A stretch of 64,000 nucleotides of DNA from contig MU008176.1 in assembly GCA_010909165.1 (NCBI GenBank), positions 922,856 through 986,855 on the forward strand, in the 5' to 3' direction. The notes below the pieces were generated by a model. It was not told the DNA's origin. It did no database searches and was given only the letters and a program-made list of their open reading frames with translations. Below, piece by piece: positions 58,201 to 64,000 of the stretch. Every line of letters starts with the position of its first letter. The first letter of the stretch is position 1. The stretch comes from Anthoceros angustus (lineage: Eukaryota; Plantae; Anthocerotophyta). The position numbers and the translations under genes are program-made.

Positions 58201-60330
58201 TCAGCCGTATTCTCATAAGTATTAATACACTGCACGTTGACCATGCCTCTTTCAGCAATATCACAAAAATGTTATGATGATACAGCATCATATGCATGGT
58301 TTGTGTCTAGAAGGTTGGACACCAAGGCAATGGCCGATATATTGTCCCAAGAGAGATTAGTTGGATCTAATTGAGGTAAGTGGATTAGAGCCAAAAACTG
58401 CAGTTCCCAATCTTATTCCTTACATGCGATTGTCAAGACCTTGTATTTGGCCTCTGTGGAGGAGAGGGCCAACAAAGGTGGCTTCTTGCTGTTAAACGGA
58501 TTTACAGGTACTTAAGAGGAACTCTGGACTATGGCCTTCACTATGTCTCAAGTGGTAAGAGGGAGTTCTTGCTTACCTCATGTACAGACACTGACTGGGC
58601 CTGAGATGCCGACTCCTAGAAAAGCCTTTCGGCCTATGTTTTTCTATTGGCTTATGGTACAATCAATCAACGCACCTTGCCAGGGGACTTAAGAAACTGA
58701 GCAACAATTGGGGTAACTAATATTCGGCCTAGTCCAGTTCGCTAAGAAAATCGAACACCCTACAGCCTCAGCACAAGGAACAGCAAATATGACAGACTGA
58801 TCTGCATCACTCTGTGGTGATTGTTCCAAGGTAAGCTTTTCCCCCACTGCTGTAGGTGTGGCGACAGGTCTAGCAGCATCCAGGTTAAAATGTGTCAAGA
58901 TCACGTGGCCGGATACTAAGCAACTGTGAGTATAAGAACGGAGCAAAATTAAGACTAGCAATCATGAAGGTGCAAATCCTAAAATCCATGTGTTGCACTG
59001 AGAATCCATCACGAGCGAGGAGGCTTGTTCCTGGCTGAACATGGCGGCAACGCAAGTCTACCACTGCCCAATGTGTAAGAACCCATGAGTATCATCAATG
59101 CACGACAATAGAAAACTGAAAAACTGAAGCAACATGAAGGCCCGCTAGCTGGCAACATAATGATTGTGCAAACGAAGTTTATCACAAACATATGTACCAA
59201 GTGTGTATGTATCTATGTGCATATATAAAAGCCACAATGACTTGCCAATTACCTCGTTTGAGGACTTGCACAACTCGCTGGAATCAGCTCAAACTTTATA
59301 TGGTGCCTGAGATTCAGGGGTAATTAGCTGCAAATGATCGTGGATGGGCAAATGAAATACATTGCATGTGAAATCAATGAGAGTTCAGAGCAAAGATCAG
59401 CAAGTAGTTAGCGAGGATGTGGCTCACAAAAAGGCTGTAAAAGAGTACACTGTATGTATAGAGCATGAGTTCATCCAGGTTAGTCATGGAACATTATACC
59501 ACAAATGCCATAATCCAAAGCAAGTGTAGAGTGTGCACAATCATGCTGTTTAAGAAACATGAAACTCACACCATGTCCTACAAACCTCATGACTGTGATG
59601 AGACAAAAAATCAGCAGCAAGGAAACTCCAGGAACATCCCAAGCATACCAAGCCTGTAGACGTCCTAGACTGCTGTAAAAACCCAGGGCCAGCTACTGGT
59701 GGAGCAGCTCCTTCGTTTCCCCTTCATCACCTCCAAAAGGGACCTCCTTGGCATGGATTTTTGGCCAGAATGGAGGATCCATAGCACTTGAGCAGCAGTG
59801 AAAACCAAACCCTACCACACTCCGTATTTGCAGACACATTGCTAGTTGCAATCAAAGGAAAATCAGCGGTAAGCAAGCAAGTACCTGCCAGCAAAGGGAA
59901 AAAATTTGCAAAGGTCTGAATGGTGAGCAAACTCACTTGTTGAGCCATGTACGCCACCAAGTGGCAATCTTCTCAAGAACACCAAAGTAATAAAGAGTCC
60001 CAAGCTAGGGGTCTAAATAGGGCTGAGGGATCACGAGGAGAGGGAGTCGGCAAGAATGCCAAATTAGAGTGGAGGGCTACTAAGCTATTGGGGGTATAAG
60101 GAGAGAAAAAATTAAGATCAGCTATCATGAAGGTGCAGATCCCAAGAACCAGGTGTTGCAAAGAGAACGCATCACAGGACACGAGGCTTTTTATTGGCTG
60201 TAACATGGCGACAAGGTAAGTCAATAGCCGCCCAATATCTAAGAACCCGTTAGTATCATCAATGGACGGTATGAGAAAAAAAAAAAATTGAAGCCACGCA
60301 ATGGCCAGCTGCTGGCTGGCTGGCAACATA
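58201..60330 (-). mobile_element. Old degraded copia RT/RNase H relics
   Basis: Minus strand: SKKPPLLALSSTEAKYK...DNISAIAL...ENTAD (RNase H, 58201-58493); ILTHFNLDAARPVATP...VPCAEAVG...TRPNISY (RT C-terminus, ~58710-58905); IDDT (YVDD-like) segments at ~59095 and in a diverged second copy at ~60260. Confidence 0.8.
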
Positions 60331-60375
60331 TGTAAGTAATGCTTTATCACATACATACATAAAAGCTCATTATAT

Positions 60376-60712
<337 letters not shown>

Positions 60713-60747
60713 GAACTAGGATACTTTTATAATGGTTTAGTTCAAAA

Positions 60748-61034
60748 TTAGTTGGCTGAATAGTTGAGCTTGAATTTTCCATGTCATTTTCATGTAAGCG
60801 CGACAACAAAGCCAGATCATCCAATTCGTTGGCAAACTATGGTCCAATACGGAGCTTAAGCTGTGGATAAATTTTGTGAATGAAACAAGATAAATATGGT
60901 AGTTGGCCGAATAATTGAGCTTTAATTTTCCACGTCATTTCCATATAGGCGCGACAATAAAGCCATGTCATCCAATTTGTTGGCAAACTATGGTCCAGTC
61001 TAGAGACCAAGTTCGTGGATTTTATGAATGAAAG
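60748..61034. repeat. Diverged 2 x ~151-bp tandem duplication
   Basis: tagttggc(t/c)gaata(g/a)ttgagct...gcgcgacaa...tcatccaatt(c/t)gttggcaaactatggtcca at ~60749 and ~60900. Confidence 0.9.
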
Positions 61035-61235
61035 AGTCCAACTATGGCATGAATCACAAGTCCGTTAACGTTTTGAATGTGATCGTTTCCTTGCAGAGAA
61101 AATGGTATATAGATTGGAAAAGTAAAGAAAACAACCTCCTAGTACAACCAATAGGAGAAATAAGAGAAAATAAGGAATATATTTGCATCTGCTCTTTCCT
61201 ATATGTATGAATTTTTCATATAGATAGAAAAGAGC

Positions 61236-61662
61236 AGATCCTAATAAGAACTTGAACAATTTCATGGATGGGTAAGTGGGGCATGAGGTGGGATGCTATA
61301 AGACTAAGCAGCACACTTTATGAAATAGTGGGATTCTCAGGATTTGGACAATTTCATGGCTGGTTGTGTAAGACTTGTGATGGGATGATGGGAGGCTCAA
61401 CAACTCAATAGCTGACGGCCTATATATGTAAAACAACTCCTCCTAAGAACTTGAACAGTTTCAAGGCTGGTTGGGTGAGGCCTGATCATATGCGATGGGA
61501 TGAGATGATGCGAGGCTCAGTGGCTTAGCATATGACACAATGGATCCTAAGAACTTGGTTAGTTTCATGGCTGGTTGGGTGAGGCCTCAGGTGAGATGAT
61601 GTGAGGCTCAGCTACTCAACCTATGAAAAAGCGGATTCTAAGAACTTGAACATTTCATGGCC
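61236..61662. repeat. Degenerate ~90-105-bp tandem repeat, ~5 units
   Basis: Core taagaacttgaaca(a/g)tttcatggctggttgggtgagg...atgat...gaggctca is repeated. Confidence 0.85.
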
Positions 61663-62270
61663 TACACTCTCTGCAATGTAGGCCCTCTATACATAATAAG
61701 ATGCTTTGTGATTTGAATCATGCGGTGATAACCTACCTTACATGGGTTGTCCCTAGAAACCGAACCACACACGCAATCAAGGTAGTGAGCTAAGAATAGG
61801 TTAAGGTGGCGCTTGACAGCGTGTGAAACATGCCAAAGATGGCAACTAGCAGCTAATTGGTTTAGGTTTACTATATAGGTTCACATTTAAAAAACAAGTA
61901 AAGAGTTATGTTGAAGACGGTTACTTAGCAACTACTATATGTGAAGGATCCATGACCATATAAAAGGGCTAGGTCTTAGAGCTTTAAGATCACTTCCTCC
62001 ACACCCTTGTGAAGAAGGTCACTGGATCTAGCTTAAAGCTGTTTGAGTATATGGAAACCTGTCTTTTCGCACTAGGGACCCTTAGAAAATTGAGTATTAA
62101 CGAGATTGATTTTTGAGGAATCCTAGAGTGTGAAGTTGGAAGGGAGCTTTGAGGTGAGATTGAGAGAGGAGGACTAATTGTCGGAACCAAAGTGTGTAGA
62201 TGACTAGCACTCTCTAATCTCTCTATTGCTTAGTCCAGAGTAAACGACAAGAGACGATTAGGCTACAGAA

Positions 62271-63210
62271 GATGAGAATGAAAAGGACGAGGGCGATGAT
62301 TCAAGCGGCGAGGAAAAAAGATTTATGCCTCAACATCGGGGACGTCCAACAAGTTCCAAAAACTAAGAAGACCCATGATACAAAAGCTGATAAACATAGA
62401 TTCCAAGGACTAAAAACATCCGGCAATGAGAATAAAGGAATTCAACAGATGAGTATTGACCACAAGGATACCTCGATGGAGGATGATGAAATTGAACACA
62501 AGCTAAGTAACGAGAAGCTTGCTCGTGGAAATATATCGAGCACCAACTTGAGCTCAGATTGGAAACGTGATGATCATGTTACTAAAGATGAGAATGAAAA
62601 GGAAGAGGACGATGATTCAAGCAACGAGGAAGAAAGACCAAAGCCTCGACGTCGTGGACGTCCGAAGGGGTCAAAAAATAAGAAAACTTTTGGTGCAAAA
62701 GTTGCTGGACGTAAATATCAAGAACTCAAATTAACATTCGGCAATATGGATAAAGGAGTTCGAAAGAGGAGTGTTGACCACAAGGACACCTCCTTGGCGG
62801 ATGGGCAAGATGATGAAAATGAAAACGAGCTTGGTATTGAGAAGTTTGTTTGTGGTAATAGATCGAGCTTCAATTGGAGCAATTGGAGCTCATGCTGGAA
62901 TCTTGAGCAGTCTAATGGAAGCAATATTCATTTTTTTGCCCAACCGCAAGATATGCCTCATTATGTAAATCTCTTCTGGTCTACCTATAATAATTTATTC
63001 CCAAAATAAGAACAAGTCTCAAAAATGAAGTGTGAAAAAAAAAGTAGTGAAAAGAAGTACCACTATTGCGCTCCCATAAGCGAACTTGGAGAATAATAAC
63101 CCTGACATCAAGGAGACCCGATGGATTCTTTCGGACCTTTGTCTTGTAATGACTATTTGTTTTTGGTAATTATTATGACATTTTTAATCGTGGATTCACA
63201 AGGATTCAAA
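62271..63210 (+). pseudogene. Third, decayed AT-hook-family locus with a duplicated ~315-bp module
   Basis: DDDSSNEEERPKPRRRGRPKGSKNKK and KHRFQGLKTSG match the 468-aa ORF. 62271-62553 resembles 62587-62880. 63118-63205 reads RWILSDLC/NDY../GNYYDIF/SWIHKD across frameshifts, matching KWIDTDLCPPHDYYLGSNDYEIFESWIDKE. Confidence 0.8.
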
Positions 63211-64000
63211 AAGAAAAAGATCTAAAGATGAGAAAAATAAAATTATAAGAGAAATAAAAATATCAGAAAACTGGAGAAACATGTTAGAGCTATGCAAAAA
63301 AAAGAAATTATATAAAAAATAAAGATAAAAAATAGAAAAAGAGAGAGATTTGTGGTGTACCAAAGAGGACAGAGAGTGTGGACCCTGGATTGTTGTTTTG
63401 TTTTTGAGGGTTTCGGGTGTTTGTTTTTAGGAAACTACGCTTTTAGTAACACCCCCTTTTCAGCGAGGTGGGGCAGTCACGCAGTTAGTGACAAAAACAT
63501 CACCAGACACCAACACTAGGCCTCCAAGTAGCCCGCCATCCTTCCACGGGACGACTCGCAACAAGACGCCCCGCTGTGGTGTTTATTCAGCAAGAGTCAA
63601 CAAGAATATATGAGAGATCGAGAGAGCTCACAATGGCGCATGCATGCGGCTGCTCGACCTCAGACTCCTTCGTCTGCAGCAAGGGTCCTTGGCCTTTGGC
63701 GGAAGGACACTAAGTTCTTCCTTGGCCTTTGGCCAAAGGCAACAAGTTCCCGGCCTTAGCCAAGGAACAAGGCAAAGGAGGCATAAATAGCCTCCGACCT
63801 CAGTGAGATCAAGTTGGTTGCTGAGGCTCCCACTTGATCTGCAGTTCCCAATCACAAGAGAGAAATGAGACAAGTCAGAGGGACTAAGTATGGCTGCCTT
63901 TCCATTCGCATAAACATCTACAATCCAAGAATCCATGGCGGCGCCACATATATAGGCAAAACCCCAAGAGTTCTCGATGAAGTGCCTCCTCGTTCTCGAT

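Noticed and set aside
63628-63936. 102-aa minus-strand ORF with strong Kozak context (gccgccATGG)
   Set aside because: No recognisable motif or splice structure, and it lies at the window edge; insufficient support.

Overview
Eukaryotic land-plant genomic DNA. It is most likely a hornwort-like seedless plant, inferred from PPR proteins carrying the 'WW'-type PG box. The assembly appears long-read based: genes are mostly clean, while repeats are full of small indels. Layout: (1) 1-13.4 kb, about 3.8 copies of a ~3.49-kb tandem unit, each with a 7x50(51)-bp palindromic minisatellite and a frameshifted copy of an AT-hook-type ORF. (2) 13.8-25.3 kb, three tandem minus-strand intronless PLS-class PPR genes with 3, 4 and 5 internal 312-bp PLS triplets, all ending in truncated WW-type DYW domains; a U2 snRNA gene lies between the 2nd and 3rd. 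(3) 28.6-39.5 kb, a YTHDF/ECT m6A reader whose first intron looks U12-type, an intronless indole-3-glycerol-phosphate synthase with homopolymer frameshifts, and a UBP1/TIA-1-like triple-RRM gene. (4) 41-64 kb, a repeat-rich region: an intact 468-aa intronless AT-hook ORF, a young Ty1/copia LTR element (extra 5' ORF, 1.4-kb internal duplication, candidate 3' antisense ORF), older copia relics, microsatellites and a third, decayed copy of the AT-hook family. The best candidate for an undescribed system is this AT-hook + 'WIDxDLCPPHDY' gene family. It occurs at three loci (six copies); two loci share an upstream module and one locus is amplified as a macrosatellite.
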